From assembly GCA_951804945.1 (NCBI GenBank), contig OX638150.1, positions 29,388,001-29,452,000 of the forward strand: a stretch of DNA of 64,000 nt, in the 5' to 3' direction. The stretch's first letter is position 1, and each line of letters starts with the position of its first letter. The notes beneath the pieces were generated by a model, which had not been told where the DNA came from, did no database searches, and saw only the letters and a list, made by a program, of their open reading frames with translations. This stretch comes from Podarcis cretensis. Lineage: Eukaryota. The position numbers were made by a program, and so were the translations under genes. Below are positions 38,803-53,000 of the stretch, piece by piece.

Positions 38803-41800
38803 CTCTGCCTACTGGGTAATCCAACACTGGCTATGCTGATTCTCAAATACAGTGATACCTCGGGTTACATACACTTCAGGTTACGGACTCCGCTAACCCA
38901 GAAATGGTACCTCGGGTTCAGAACTTTGCTTCAGGATGAGAACAGAAATTGTGCTCCGGCGGCACGGCAGCAGCAGAAGGCCCCATTAGCTAAAGTGGTG
39001 CTTCAGGTTAAGAACAGTTTCAGGTTAAGAACGGACCTCTGGAACGAATTAAGTACTTAACCCGAGGTACCACTGTATGTGCTTTCAAGATGCTTTAGGG
39101 TGAGATGTGTGTTTAATGAACATCACGTAAGCTTTAAAGCTTGGTAAAGGGACTGTGAAGACAAGACCTGAAGGGATCAACAAGATTTGACTTTGGTACT
39201 CTACTCTCCACCCAAAGCAGCAGAGGGAGTTCAAGAACTGCAAGATAAGCATCTCTTAGCTGCTTTTATTGACAATATTCCTGTAAATGGCAGGATTTCA
39301 CTCACAGCAATGTTTATAGCAGACATCTAACTGCCCATACTTTATGATCGGTTCTGTGCACATGTAATGGTGCGTTACAGAAGCTCGGGTTTGCAGCAGC
39401 TGCACCTCAAATTTCAGGCTACCTGGCCGAAAAGGAAGAGGAACAGAATCACCATAATATTCTTTTCATGGAAAGAACCAGAGGAAGGTCTGTCAAAGTT
39501 TTAAGATCTGAGTGAGGCATCGTCTGTGAATTCCAATGAATAGCTAGAAGGCACATTATACAGGAAAAGCCGGGCAATGTGAGGGAGGAAGAGGACATTA
39601 AAGGAAAACATGTAGGCAGCGCTACTGAAATGTAAAACCCTTAATGTTCAAAGGGCAGAGATTTTATTTTGACGTATCAAACCACTATCACTTACTGGCT
39701 ATGCCAGCACAAATATTTTAAATGGAATGCAAAGTGCTGGTTTAGCAACAGGAAGTTTTCAAATAAGCGGTTGTCAGGCTTCAGTGCTGAGATGCACAGG
39801 TTCAGAAATGAGAACTGTCAGAGCATTAATGACTCCTCGTGTCTTGGAAGCAGACCAAGTATCCTTCATTATCACATCCGGCATAGTGGGGTTTTTTTTG
39901 GTCACCTAACCCTGCACCTCAGTCTCTCAGCCGGGCTTGTTAAGTGATGGGTTTCTTGTTGACACCTAACCCTGCCTGGATTCTCAACATGTTCGGGACA
40001 CTCAAACTACTTGCACTACCATCCTGTAAATGTGACATTTCACTTGACCTTCCATCCTCCCTCCACAATGAACAGCAGGAAATACTGCAAGCGGTGTGCC
40101 CAAGTCAAGGCAGGCTGAGCAAGGTAGTATGGGAAGCATGCAGAGCTGGGGCAAAAGGGAACAAGCAAACCAAAAAAAGGATAGTGGCAAGAGGTGAGTT
40201 TTTGGGGTAAAACCCCAAAGTGAGAGGAGAAAACCAGCTGCAATAATGAGTCCAAGGAAGGGCAGTGCTTAGAAAAGCCTCACACAACAATTCTCTATCT
40301 AGAAGCAAAAAAGTTAGATCTGACCTCCAGTGATGAAACTCCAGCGCAGTCCAGGAAGGGAACTCACCTGTACTCCTCTGTTCAGCACTATGAAAAAGTT
40401 TGCATCTATTCCCCATCTGGCATCTCTGCTTAATCTTACATTTATTATTTGTTTTTAAAGTATCGCGGGGCAGAAATTTCTCATCGGCTCCATCAAGACC
40501 AAAACATTGTTAACAAGGTATTACTGTAGACAGTGAAGACCACTCCATGTTACCTAACCCTGTTCCAAATGATGGCAAACTACTTTTGCCCCTTCAAATC
40601 CAGATAGAATGCTAGGTCATACCTACCGCGTGTTGTTGGTAGCATGTCTGACAAGCCCTGCCAGGCTGTTACCATCTCTGGATTCTTCTCCAAGTCAGCA
40701 AAGTTTTTCCACACCCTTATAGCACCATCATCTTGAAGGAATGACAGAAAGAAAACTATAAGGCAATTCAGCTCAGAAGGGTAAGCTGGGCTTACCCAGT
40801 ACCGTAAATTAATCACCATTACTGATTTGGCTCCAGCAGAAAATTCATGCTGCTTCAGACAGATTCCACTACACCATGGTTCTCCAAACATGAAGCAGGC
40901 ATCCTTATGGAGAGATCAATTGTTACTATGGAAAGCTTGATCTGACACTTTCTAATCATATTGTTGAGTCCGTTTGCCTCTTAAGTAAGGGAGTAATATG
41001 CCAAGCTCCACTATCCTCTGCCACATTCAGAGTGACAGGCAGCAACCTAGCTTGACAGCAATATAGATTATGTATTTCCAGACGGCCTTACTGGTAATTA
41101 AGTCAGCCATTTTGGAAGGAATTTTGCTTCCTGCGGTCCTAGTATTATCCCAATTTTGATTGTGAATTGGAGGATCACTGGGTGCAAATAGCATCTTACT
41201 GTGTACTCTATGCTGTCCATGAATGTAACAGTTCTGCAGCATCCGCACAAAATTGCTATCAAAATGCCACCCCACATTTCCCCCCATTTAATCTGGATTT
41301 ACCTGTTCTGTGGAAATTCTGATAGGTTAAAAAAAGGAGGGGGAAAACAATCAATCTGGATTAAATGGGGAGAAATAATATGGGGTTGCATTTTGATGAG
41401 GATGAGACTGTATGTGCCCTGCAGGAGTAACACAGAGTTTCCAATAAACTGCCATGTGGAAACACCCACTGAGGGTTATAGTACAAGAAGAGATGGGGAC
41501 TGGATCTCCCATTGGTGTAACAGTAGCCACTAAAGGAAGGGGAAAGGATCTGATCTAGGTTGCGTTGCAGCATTAAGGTCAAATTCTGATAGGTTAAAGT
41601 TTTATCCATGCAACACTTTCCTAAGAAATATTCTCCCAAACCATTATTTGACCTATAGGCAAAACATATAGGTACCATACAGAAAGCTCTTTTTGATTTT
41701 AAATTAGAGGCACACATTATGAAAAAAACTGGAGAACATGTAATATAAAGATTCTGTTGGCTTTCTATTTTATTCTTTTCCTTGAAGTGTTCTTTTAGTG

Positions 41801-44800
41801 TGTTTTCCGCCTGAAAATGAGCAAGGATCTTATGAATGATTCTAGCCTGGCATGGCAATCTTTAAGACCAGTCTGCTTGCAGCACCTTATTTCTCCAAAC
41901 CTTCATCTTATTTGTTGCTCCCTCTTGTCATTCAGCAAACATTTCCCCCCACTGTTTATGGGAGCAATGCTTTAGCTGTCTCATAGTCCATTGGCCCAAT
42001 TTTCCTTATTAAGTCAAACACTACAGCAATAAAAAAAATCCAGCTGTTTAAGGAAACAGGGAAAACAGCACTTTATGCTGCTGCTGCTGCTGCTGCTACA
42101 ACAGTATATAGCAGCACATGTTTTATTAGTTTATATACTTGAGACTAGACAGGAACACTGAAGATGCTCTAATCTAAAAATAGTACAGTGCTGACTCCCC
42201 ACCATCCCCATATCTATCTGTAGAGGGACTACTGAAATGGAGGTATTATAGCAAAACATTTCAGCTTCCACTTTCTTCACCAGCTCTCATATAAATCAAG
42301 GGTGCTATAGTCAAGGTGGTAAGACGACTACAACACCCTTTGACTGACACGAGAGTCAAAGGGAGCCACAGAAGGCAGAAGCCAAAACATTTTGCCTTAA
42401 TATATCTGTTTCAGTAGTCACTGTAATAAATAAATGGGATTAACTGTATCCTTCCAAGCAAATTTGTTTGAAGTGCTGTTTGATGCTTTTTTGTGTGTTT
42501 TTTAAAGTCTCTGTCTCTCTAAATTGGTGATAGCAGCAGTATTCAAACAAGGTTAATGAAAATAGACTCAGTAGTTTAGCTTCTTCCTGCTTGTTATGGA
42601 CAAAGCTTTATTCATTAACTGTATCATAAACTTAGATAGGTCTGGAATAAATACAGATTATTATCTTTAAAGATTTTGTGATTACCTTGGCTATAGACTC
42701 AAAGCAAGAAGGCTAAAACTGAAAACAATTATAGTATGTACAATAATTTCCAAATGAATTTCACATACCAAACCCTCAAATGGGGGGGGGGGGGGAGAAG
42801 AGAGAATCAGGCCACACTTTGCTGAGGTGGATGTTTCCCTGAATGGATGCACAGTTTTTCATTTGCCTATGTGGTACACGTATGATTCCCACTGCAGTTC
42901 ATGGGAGACTGGAGTCTTGCTTGTGCACTCAACATTAGTGTTGTTCACTAGGACAACAATGATATGCTTAGGAAAAATATGATGGGCAATAGGCTGCACA
43001 AAATAATGCTGCTTTTGGAAGGGATTGTCACAAAGCACAATATTCCTGAAGACACACCCTGCAAGAATAATGGTCTCTGGAGAAGCTTACTTTATCTGTT
43101 AACCCGGCCTGAAGTTCTATGGAGCAGAGGATTACTCTGGAGTTGTGACGGCCAAAGAAAGTGCACAGGGGTTAAAACTGATGGTTAGGATTCCTGACGT
43201 CAGGATAAGAAAAACTGGTATGAGGGAACAGGCTAGTGCTAGACTGTCCTGATTCCCAAAGCATTTTCTGAACTTGGGATGAAATGAAGGTGAGGGCAAC
43301 AGACATGGTGAGAGACAGCTCACAGGAAGATTCTCAAACAGAGAAGCTCCAGTGTGCTTGAAGAGTTTTGTGAGTGACTCAATAAGTTTGTAGGCAGGAT
43401 GCACTGAAGACAGTGCAAAATAAAAGGCTACGGAAGTTTTCACTCTTGGTTCAAAAAAATACAACCTTTATTAAAAGGTGGGTCCCTTTACTAAAACAGA
43501 TGAATAAAATAAGGAAGCATGTATAACAATACACCTCTGTGTGACTGAAATGCAAGATGAGGTCCATAGACAGGGCAGAAAACACTTTCTTAGCCCTCCT
43601 TTTTAAAAAATATGAGGCCATACCCACCTGTAGCAGTCAGGAGCAGAGAACAGTCTTGTCCATTCAGATATTCCATGGCAGTGATCCTTGTGTAGCGTGG
43701 GTTCCCATTGTGAAAATAGTCCAGCTTTTCTCCCTTTTCCCAATCCCAAAAACTGGGAAAGGCAGGGGGGAAACAAATAGGTAAGTTGGATTCAGGTTCC
43801 AAGTGGATTTAAGTTCCCAGGATAAAAATAAAATAAAATGTTATTCTATACACTGGCTCCAAATCAAATGTATTCCTCCAGCCCGCCCACCCCACTTTGA
43901 GTATTTAACAACGTTTGATTAATGTCTCTTCATTACACCTCCGGCTTCTGCAGAGAAAGTAATAAGGCTGAAATTCTATTAGGAGGGTCTGTAACAAATC
44001 CAGGCACAACAAGACGACTGCATGTATGAGGCTTTTGCTTAGCAGCAAGAACAGGGCACCAGCTCAAGGGTGTTTAAAATGCCAGTGCCTTACCAGATGC
44101 TGTCCTTGTCAGCCACTGCTATACATGGGGTGAATGGGTGAAACTTGACCACTGACGGCATGCCAGGGTTCCTGTTCAGGAAGATTTGATCATCTAGTCG
44201 TGAAATACCTAGGGGGGAAAGGAAGAGAAAAACAACATGAATAGTGGTATCAGGACCTCTCACAATGCCAGCCACCCTGAGCCCTAAGACTGGCAGGGGA
44301 GGTCCTATCAGTGGGACTGCCAATATATGCTGCCTAAGTGGCATTAACTCATGAGAAGGCCTTCCCCTGCTAGTGGTTTTCTCTTTGTGGAATGCCCTCC
44401 CTCGGGAGGAGCATCTCCCTCCCTCATTAGTAACTTTTCAGCAGGGACTTAAAAACACTCCTGTTTACCCAAGTACCTGATTGCTGAAAGACTGTTCATG
44501 GAAACTTTGAAATTATTAAGCTGTGAGGATATGTGATTGTTTTATGTTTTAAAATATTTTAAATTGCTTATAAATATGCTTTATTTTTATTGTATTGTTC
44601 TAGCACTTTGGTGTGTTTTTTGTTTGCTCTGGGTTCCTTTGGGAGGAAGAGCGGGGTAGAAATGTAATAAATATTCATAATCATAAAAAATAAATTCTGA
44701 TACGCAAGACTACATTGAATGTACATAATTTAGTATTCTACAAAGGAGGTTCTTGAAATATGCTATGCCTGGTCTCCTCAAATTAAAGGAGGGAACCCAC

Positions 44801-47014
44801 CCTGTTTCTGTCCAGGCTATCTTTATTTGTCCTCGGTCCACACAGAAAATGAAAACATCACTCAGCAAGTGCCCAACTGTTGTACTTGATTCCCTCCTGC
44901 ATTACATGTCTGTCTATTTTCTGTGTGAGAGCACAGGGGAAGACTGCCAAGTTGTCTTCACTGTTTGATAGCCTCTCCTGACATTGCCTTGCATTCCTGA
45001 CAAATTGGAGATCTCGCAAATCTTTTCAGATTTTGATAGCGGCGCTCTAAGGAGGTTAAGACGAGAACAGATTGGATTAAGCAGGCAAAATGTTTGTGCC
45101 TTGTTAAATACTTATTGCACTATGCCAATAATGCTCAACTACGATAACAGCCGAAGTTTCATACTTAAATAGGGCTCAAAGCCCCCAAATATTAATGGCA
45201 AATTCACACAAGAACATCATTTTCTGGAGTTCCGGTGTAAAGCAAATCTGAATATATTCTTGTGACAAAATGTTTTTTGCAGGTAAGTGGAGGCAGATTT
45301 CCAAAATGGACAGCACCAAAAAAATCCTCCAGTGTTTCCACCACTGCTAAGAGTATGCAAAATAAAATTCTGAAACTGGCATCCTTAACTGTTTGCAGAG
45401 TTGTATGCATTGTTCCTTTAAAATAAAAATGTAAGGCTCTCTTCTCTGCTGACTCAAGCCTACTAGGTCTCAAAGGACTGAGCTATATGTGAGAAACAGA
45501 CCATCTCTCTCGACAGATTAATATTTCACACTAATCTTTCCCCAGCTGACATCTGTAGACGGAAAGTCCCCCCAAATTTTCTCATCCCTGGTGAGAGCAA
45601 TCTTGAGTCACGCTGAAAATGGCAGTATAGGTGAACAGCACAAATTTGCTCTTATTCACTGGCCAACCAAGCTGCAGAAAGAGTAGAAATGTCAATTCTA
45701 ACCACAGCTATGCAAAATTAAGGGGCCACTTCAGCAAGATACAGGGAATTCAAATATCCTCTGTCATTAAACAATAAAGCCCACAGTCTGACTGCTGCCT
45801 TGTAAATGAATAAAGAGTTATAAATAAGCAAGATGCGCTTTCAGTACAGCACTGAATATATATGCTGATGAAACGTGAGTCCAATGTATATGAAGGGAAA
45901 GAAGCTGTAAGTGTAAAAGAGGCCACACATAAAAAAGCATTGCAGAAACATGACAGGATATGAATAAACAATCATTTATGGGGCCCCATAAAACCAAAGG
46001 ATACTGAAACCCTTTACGTGCCTTGTGAATGTGAAGGGGATACAGCAGGCTCTTGCAGATCACAAGCTAATTTGCTGAAAACCCCAGCAGTATTAGACAC
46101 CTATCAAACTCTGACTCTGCTCTTTGGAGAAGGTGAAAATGCTGGCATTTCGCCTGCAACACCATCTCTTGTAAACAAGCTGCCGCATCCATCTAAACTT
46201 TACTGGATGGAAGAAAAGCCTGGCTCTGTTCAGCAGCATATGTTCAATGTCTTTGAGCAATTCGTTTTATCTCGAATATTTTGCTTTTGGTGGGGCATGC
46301 CATTTTTGATCAGCAAGACTGTCCAGAAGCTCTGCTACTAGCATTCAGTGTTAGCAAGCTTCCTCGGTAGGCACATGTTTCACATACACCCCCCCCCCGG
46401 AATCGCCCCGTAAAGGTAAAGGGACCCCTGACCATTAGGTCCAGTCGAGGCCGACTCTGGGGTTGCAGCGCTCATCTCGCTTTATTGGCTGAGGGAGCCG
46501 GCGTACAGCTTCCGGGTCATGTGGCCAGCATGACTAAGCCGCTTCTGGTGAACCAGAGCCGTTTACCTTCCTGCCGGAGTGGTACCTATTTATCTACTTG
46601 CACTTTGATGTGCTTTTGAACTGCTAGGTTGGCAGGAGCAGGGACCGAGCAACGGGAGCTCACCCCGTTGCGGGGATTCAATCCGCCTATAGACAGCGGC
46701 AATAGAATTACATGGGCAGATTTAGCTAGTTACTTACGTTTAAGCACAGATCTTAATATGGGATAATGATTACTGAGCACACACACACAATCAAAATATG
46801 CACATGCTTTGAATGTCAGTGGGGAATAGCTCAGCTACAACATGCACATTTCCTGGGTTAGGGAGAATTAGCTAATTAATTCTAACCACTACTATACTAA
46901 TGTACCCATGCAACATACGTGTGAAAAGGAGCATGTACACAGGACGCAAGAGGAGATGGTGTTGGAGGGCAAGTGTCCTGCTGCTGAGAGAGACACATTA
47001 GTCTTTTCCCTCTG

Positions 47015-47046
<32 letters not shown>

Positions 47047-50000
47047 ACTCTCTCTCGGTTCACATTAAAAACCAGACCTTGGTGATGCAAAGTGGCATGA
47101 ATGTAGAGAAAAGCTGACTTAGGCAAGGATTAAAATACCTGTTTAAAACACAGGCACACAAGGATATGAAGAAGGGGCTACAATTTGTAGGGAAAGAACT
47201 TGCCACTCCAGGAAAACAATATAACTGGGGCACACTGAAACTCCTGGGTTAGTCAGGAAACAGTCAGGAGCAGAGAACAGCCTTGTTCATTCAGATATTC
47301 CATGGCAGTGATCCTTGTGTATCTCCTAAATTCCTGGGTTAGGAAACAATGGGACAACCACAAATCATATTGGCAATATGTGTCTCCCAGACTCTTGTAA
47401 CTACCAGCCTGCTGATTCCACATGCATGTGCTTTACCCAAGGAGAAAAAGGCTGTCTAACTCTCAAAAGCAAACAACCCCATTACAACAAAACAAGTTGA
47501 AGTTGTGAGCAGAAGCTCACGCTAAAGAGGTCAATGCTGGCCAAACAAATGGTTTATGAACAGTGTTCTTGTTCATGGCCTCATGTAAAGAGTGGATAAG
47601 CATTCTCCTTGGTGCCAGGAGATGTATAAAATGGGGTGGGTAAGGGAGAAAAAGTTGACCACCTTTTTGGATGATTTTCTGTGCTTGCTTTCGGACTCTG
47701 GCATTGCGCAGAAACCGCCACTCCCTTTCTTTGCGGACCTGGCTTTCCAAATCATGTTCTTCTGGAATCTGCCAATTAAATAATAATAATAAAAATGAAT
47801 ACAACAGGAGAATGGCAAAGAAAGGCTTCTTGTGATTCCAAATGCCTCTAATTTCAACCAGAACAGGGACCCTTCAGCCCATGCAATCTGACCAAAACCA
47901 GCAAGGGGCAGATGAGGTTTTTCTGTTCTTATACACTTCATTACCTTCTGAACTGCACATCATCCACCACTGGGCCCCAGGGCTGTCAAGTGATCAAAGC
48001 CTCAGTTGTTTCTTTTAACCAATTAAAATAAATATGATAAAATGTCTACACAGGCAATATTTTCAAGAAATCTAATGCAGATAATTTTTCATTGACAAAT
48101 GACAGGGAATGCAACTGGAATGCACTGCTTGAATGCAGATGTATACATAGATCAATTGCAAAAATGATATTGGCACTGAAATCCTCTCACTTGGGACATT
48201 TATTTTAAAATGCACATTTTAAGCCTATGGCTGATAAACCGTATCCGTTATTTGACAAATATTCCAAAACCTATTCTTTACTCACTCTTTTGAAAAGGTC
48301 TATTTGTTTTTGTCTTGTCTCATTCAGGCTACAAGTTCTCACAGAAAGCAAATGAATATCCCATTTTCTTAAACAGCAACGTAAATTTATGAAGCTCATA
48401 TAAATGGCTTGTCACAGCAGATATATTTGAATCTTGTGGCTGCTGTTACGAACCCGAAAGCTCATCCCTAGCACAGGACCATTTTTACACTTGTCTCCAA
48501 GTCTTTCTTCTGTTTAGATGGAAGGAGTGCAACTTCTGCATAATTCCTTATGAATAAAAGGCTCCATAAAGTATGTGGCAGGGAAGTGTAAACACAGAAG
48601 GTATAATTCAAAATTGGAGACAACATGTGGAGATCCTGTACTTCTTCCTGTCGAGGGCCTGAGCAGCTAGGGGATCGTAAAGATTCTGCCCTGTTATTTA
48701 AGGAAGCAAGCACACTCAATTGCAAGAAGTTGATGCTGCTCATATTTTGGGAATGGCTGCTGAAAACAATTAGGCAGAAGTGTAACGGCATGAAAACATA
48801 CATATTAAATGTCAAACGTGAGTTGGCTTTCTGTGCAGAGAAAGGTGTACTTTGGATTTTCAGAGCCAGGCCAGCAGTTTTCAAACCAAGCACTCACTCA
48901 GCTCAGGTGTTTTGCTTTCATGACGACATCCTTTGAAATTATTATTCATGCCATGATGAAGGTTCTGCTGATATAAAACAGTGCTGCTAATCAGTTGGCA
49001 CTGTAGCCTGAGAGACCAGGCATTGGTTACCACTGAGAAAACAGGCGTGGTAGCCGTTAAATTTGTTCTAGACCAATAGAAAGAACATTTCTTTTAGATT
49101 GGTTATCAGAACCTCCCAGTTCACAACAGAAAGACATATCAATAAAGACTGAAAGGGCACACTTAGTCCCTATCAGTCCAGAAAAAAGTATGCCAAATCA
49201 TATTGCCATGCAAAAAAAATCCACAGCAGCCCATCCTCTGGAAACAAATCACAACAAGATTACAAAGATTACAAAGCTAGACAGCATTTATTTTATTATT
49301 TAAAAAATAATAATTCTCCCTCACTCTCCCCAGTAGTGTTTGGATTGTTTGGCAACAATCCAAGGTTTGTTAAATGGAACATGAGAAATGAACAGCAATG
49401 TACAGTAATAAGCAAGCCCACGATAAAATATATTTAAGTATATTCAAGTGGAGAGATATACTTTGATAAAAATGTCATTTCAAAGGAATAAATTGGAAGA
49501 AAATCTTAAAGGACTTTGTATCAAGAAAAGAAGACAAGGGGCATGTACAGAATCTAAACATTACCAGTTGGCATCTAGCATGGCTTTTGTAAGTATGGAT
49601 TAGGAAATGCTTCTTCCCTGTGTAACAGCTCCCATAGAGTTAGTCTGTCCATATCAGAAGCTGGCTGCACCAAAGTGCCTTCAGCACATTTGTTGCATTG
49701 GCCTATGATGCCAAATATGTTCATAGTGCTGGCCTTTGTTTCACCTTATCTGCTCTACCATGCCAAATTATGGAAAGGAAGAGCTACATGGTTTTCTCTA
49801 TATGGTTATTATATGAGGAAGTATCACATACATAAACAGACAATAGGTTGCATCCAATCTTCATTTTATGCCGGAAACCAGATGAGGACCAGGGCATTAG
49901 CTTCCTGATCACAAGCTTCCATACTGTGCAATGTACTAGAGCAAGCTGATATACTTTGTCACTTTGCAATGAAACATCTCCTCTCTTAACTCCCCCTCCC

Positions 50001-53000
50001 TGTGTATCCCCCACTTCTATTCTGGTGGTTCCTCAACTTTCTAGGGCAGATTTGGGAGAGGCACAGGAGGGTATGTAGAGAGAGGAGAAGTTCTGCTGCA
50101 CTAGCAGAACAGGACAGCTTCATTGGGTACAACTCAGTATTTTTGGCCTCATACTCTGGTGAGCTGTAGTGGAATGCACTGATAAACAGGACTGACGCAC
50201 AACATTTTGGCACCTGAGGCTAACCACAAAATGGTGCCCCTATCCCCACCAGGGGAGAAGGGTGAGTGAAGATCTGCATCAGGAACAAGGATGGAAGGAA
50301 GATCTACATGAATATCTGCTGCCCCTATGGCTCCTGCCACCTGAGATGGTCACTTCACCCTGCTTCATGGGTAGGCTGGTCCTGATAATGAATGATGTTG
50401 CTAAAACCAAGGCAGTACTTGGTTCTAGCAACTCGGGAGGGGAATGGAATAAACCATCTACACACACAAATGGGAGCAACCTGAAATCAGTACATGTGTA
50501 AATGTCTGAATTAGTGGCCAATTATCAGCAAGGGATTAAGAGTGTGATCCGAAATAAGTGATTTAGCAATAACATTAATTCCTTTCCCAGAAATAAGGAC
50601 TCGCTAGAGTATTTGCATTTTTTCAGCTTAGGTGACTGGGTTACAAAGGTGGGGCAGGATGGAGTCTTATAAAATTATGCATAGTGTAGAGGAAGTGGAA
50701 TGAATGATACTCCCTCTCTCATAACACTTCAAATTAGAGGTCATCCGATGAAATTGACAGGCACAAGATTAAAGATAAACAAAAGAAAGCACCTTCACAC
50801 CATGCAACTCATAATGGCTTAGATGGCTTTATATCCCTGTTATCTTTGTCCATGGAGTTTTCTTGGCAGGGATACTGGAGTGGCTTGCTGGTTCCTGCTC
50901 CAGGTGGATCACGTTTGGTCAAAACTCTCCACTATGACCTGTCCATCTTGGGTGGCCCTGCATGGCATAGCTCATAGCTTCTCTGAGTTATTCAAGCCCC
51001 TTCGCCATGGCTTAGGATACATACTAGTATACATACTTCCATACATAGTATACATACTTCCATACATACTAGTAGTGATGTATGGAAGTGTGAGCTGGAC
51101 CATAAAGAAGGCTGATTGCCGAAGAATTGATGCTTTTGAATTATGGTGCTGGAGGAGACTCTTGAGAGTCCCATGGACTGCAAGAAGATCAAACCTATCC
51201 ATTCTGAAGGAAATCAGCCCTGAGTGCTCACTGGAAGGACAGATCCTGAAGCTGAGGCTCCAGTACTTTGGCCACCTCATGAGAAGAGAAGACTCCCTGG
51301 AAAAGACCCTGATGTTGGGAAAGATTGAGGACACAAGGAGAAGGGGACGACAGAGGATGAGATGATTGGACAGTGTTCTCAAAGCTACCAGCATGAGTTT
51401 GACCAAACTGCGGGAGGCAGTGGGAGACAGGAGTGCCTGGCGTGCTCTGGTCCATGGGGTCACAAAGAGTCGGACATGACTAAATGACTAAACAACAACA
51501 ACAGATGGCTTTAAAAAGACAGGACAAATTTATTGAGTGTTAGGACTATTAACAGCCATTAGTAATGAAATCTACTGTGATCTCTACCTTCCGAGGCAGT
51601 AAAGGAATTGTAAACCAGTTTTTGCTGTTGGGGGGCAATCAGTGGAGGATGGCTGTTGCGCTCATGCCATACTTGTGGGCTTCCAAGATGGAGGATGATA
51701 GACTAGATGAACCACTGGCTCAATCCAGCAGGCCTATTCTCACACTATGTTTGTTCTCTCCTTGCAGTCATTTTTTTTTTACTTTAGAAAAGTCTTTCTA
51801 TAGTAAACAAAAGACAAGCTTCTGTTCTGTTCTAATCACTTCTATGTGGGTCTCCCAGAGGTGTGTGGGTGTCTGGAATAGTGTTACATGATTAGGATCA
51901 TGACACACTACAGATTTCTAACACCTCTTGGCTTCCACTCAGACAGAAACCAATTACAATTCAGAAGTATCCCACTGAGCAGTGCCATGTGAAAGCCAAT
52001 GAAGTTGTTCTCCGCTTTATCCATATCAAGATGGAAACAGTCAGCAAGGGGTTGTTGAAATAAGGACAGAGGATGGATTTTCTCCTTGCAGCAATAAATA
52101 ATGTTATAGGGAGATCTCTGCTGGTTTCACAGTGATGAAACAGTTTCCTAAGGGGCTAAATCCTCCATCAGTTGAACAGAGCCAGAGCCACTGTGGAGCT
52201 GAGGTGGCAACCTGTGGCTATTGAGGCTAGGGTGTGAGTGTATATTTTTGTTCATATGTTGCCTGCATTAAACATAAAAGATCCTAAAAGTTGCAGTCAG
52301 ACACTGGGGCAACACCAGTACTGCACTTCCCCGACTTTAAACGTTTTCAGAACTCTTGAGGTGGGAGTGGGGCTGGACCTATGATTACCTGAGCATTGCT
52401 GTTAAGTATCAGTTAAAGTACTACCAGCTAAAGCACTACACTCTTTTCTGAAACGAACCTTGTTCTGCTTTTCCATAAATCGAACACTGACTGATGCCAA
52501 TGATTTGTAATGCCACCAGTCAGTGCATAGAAGCATAATGCCTATTTCTCAGGGAAAGAATGTTCCCTTCCACACCAAACCTTACAGAAATTAGGTGTAC
52601 TTGCAGCCCCTTTTGCATGTATTCCTCACAAGAGCATCTACTCGGTCACCCTGCCTGCTGCATGTGTTTCCTAGCAGAGTCTTGGCGTCAGGATCTAGGC
52701 TCTCTCTCCTATCTACATTTAGTTCACATTTCATGGTGTGTGTGTTTAAATGCAGGCAGCTGAAATTCTCAGAAGGCAGCAGGAACAAAACAGGATTCTT
52801 TACTCCTGAATGTGCCACATACAGCATTTTCAGGAGACTATTCCACATAACTCTAGAGAACTATATAGATTGTAAGAATGTCAAGCTCAGCTAGATGAAC
52901 TATGGAATAACCAGGAAAACAGCACAGCTGCAACTGATGGCATATACCAATTTTGCTCCTTGGATATGTGCAGTGCTAGCTTTTGTTTCATAGACACTAA

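Noticed and set aside
40360-40440. Consensus donor CAG|GTGAGT on the minus strand as a further cryptic exon
   Set aside because: No pyrimidine-rich acceptor at a suitable distance upstream.
47261-47321. Exon-27 copy as a mutually exclusive duplicate exon or processed pseudogene
   Set aside because: Only an internal 61 bp is copied, with no splice sites, no exon junction and no poly(A).
50823-51365. 180-aa ORF as a host gene
   Set aside because: It is a chimera of inverted Bov-B 5' sequence, junction repeats and the Bov-B ORF C-terminus.
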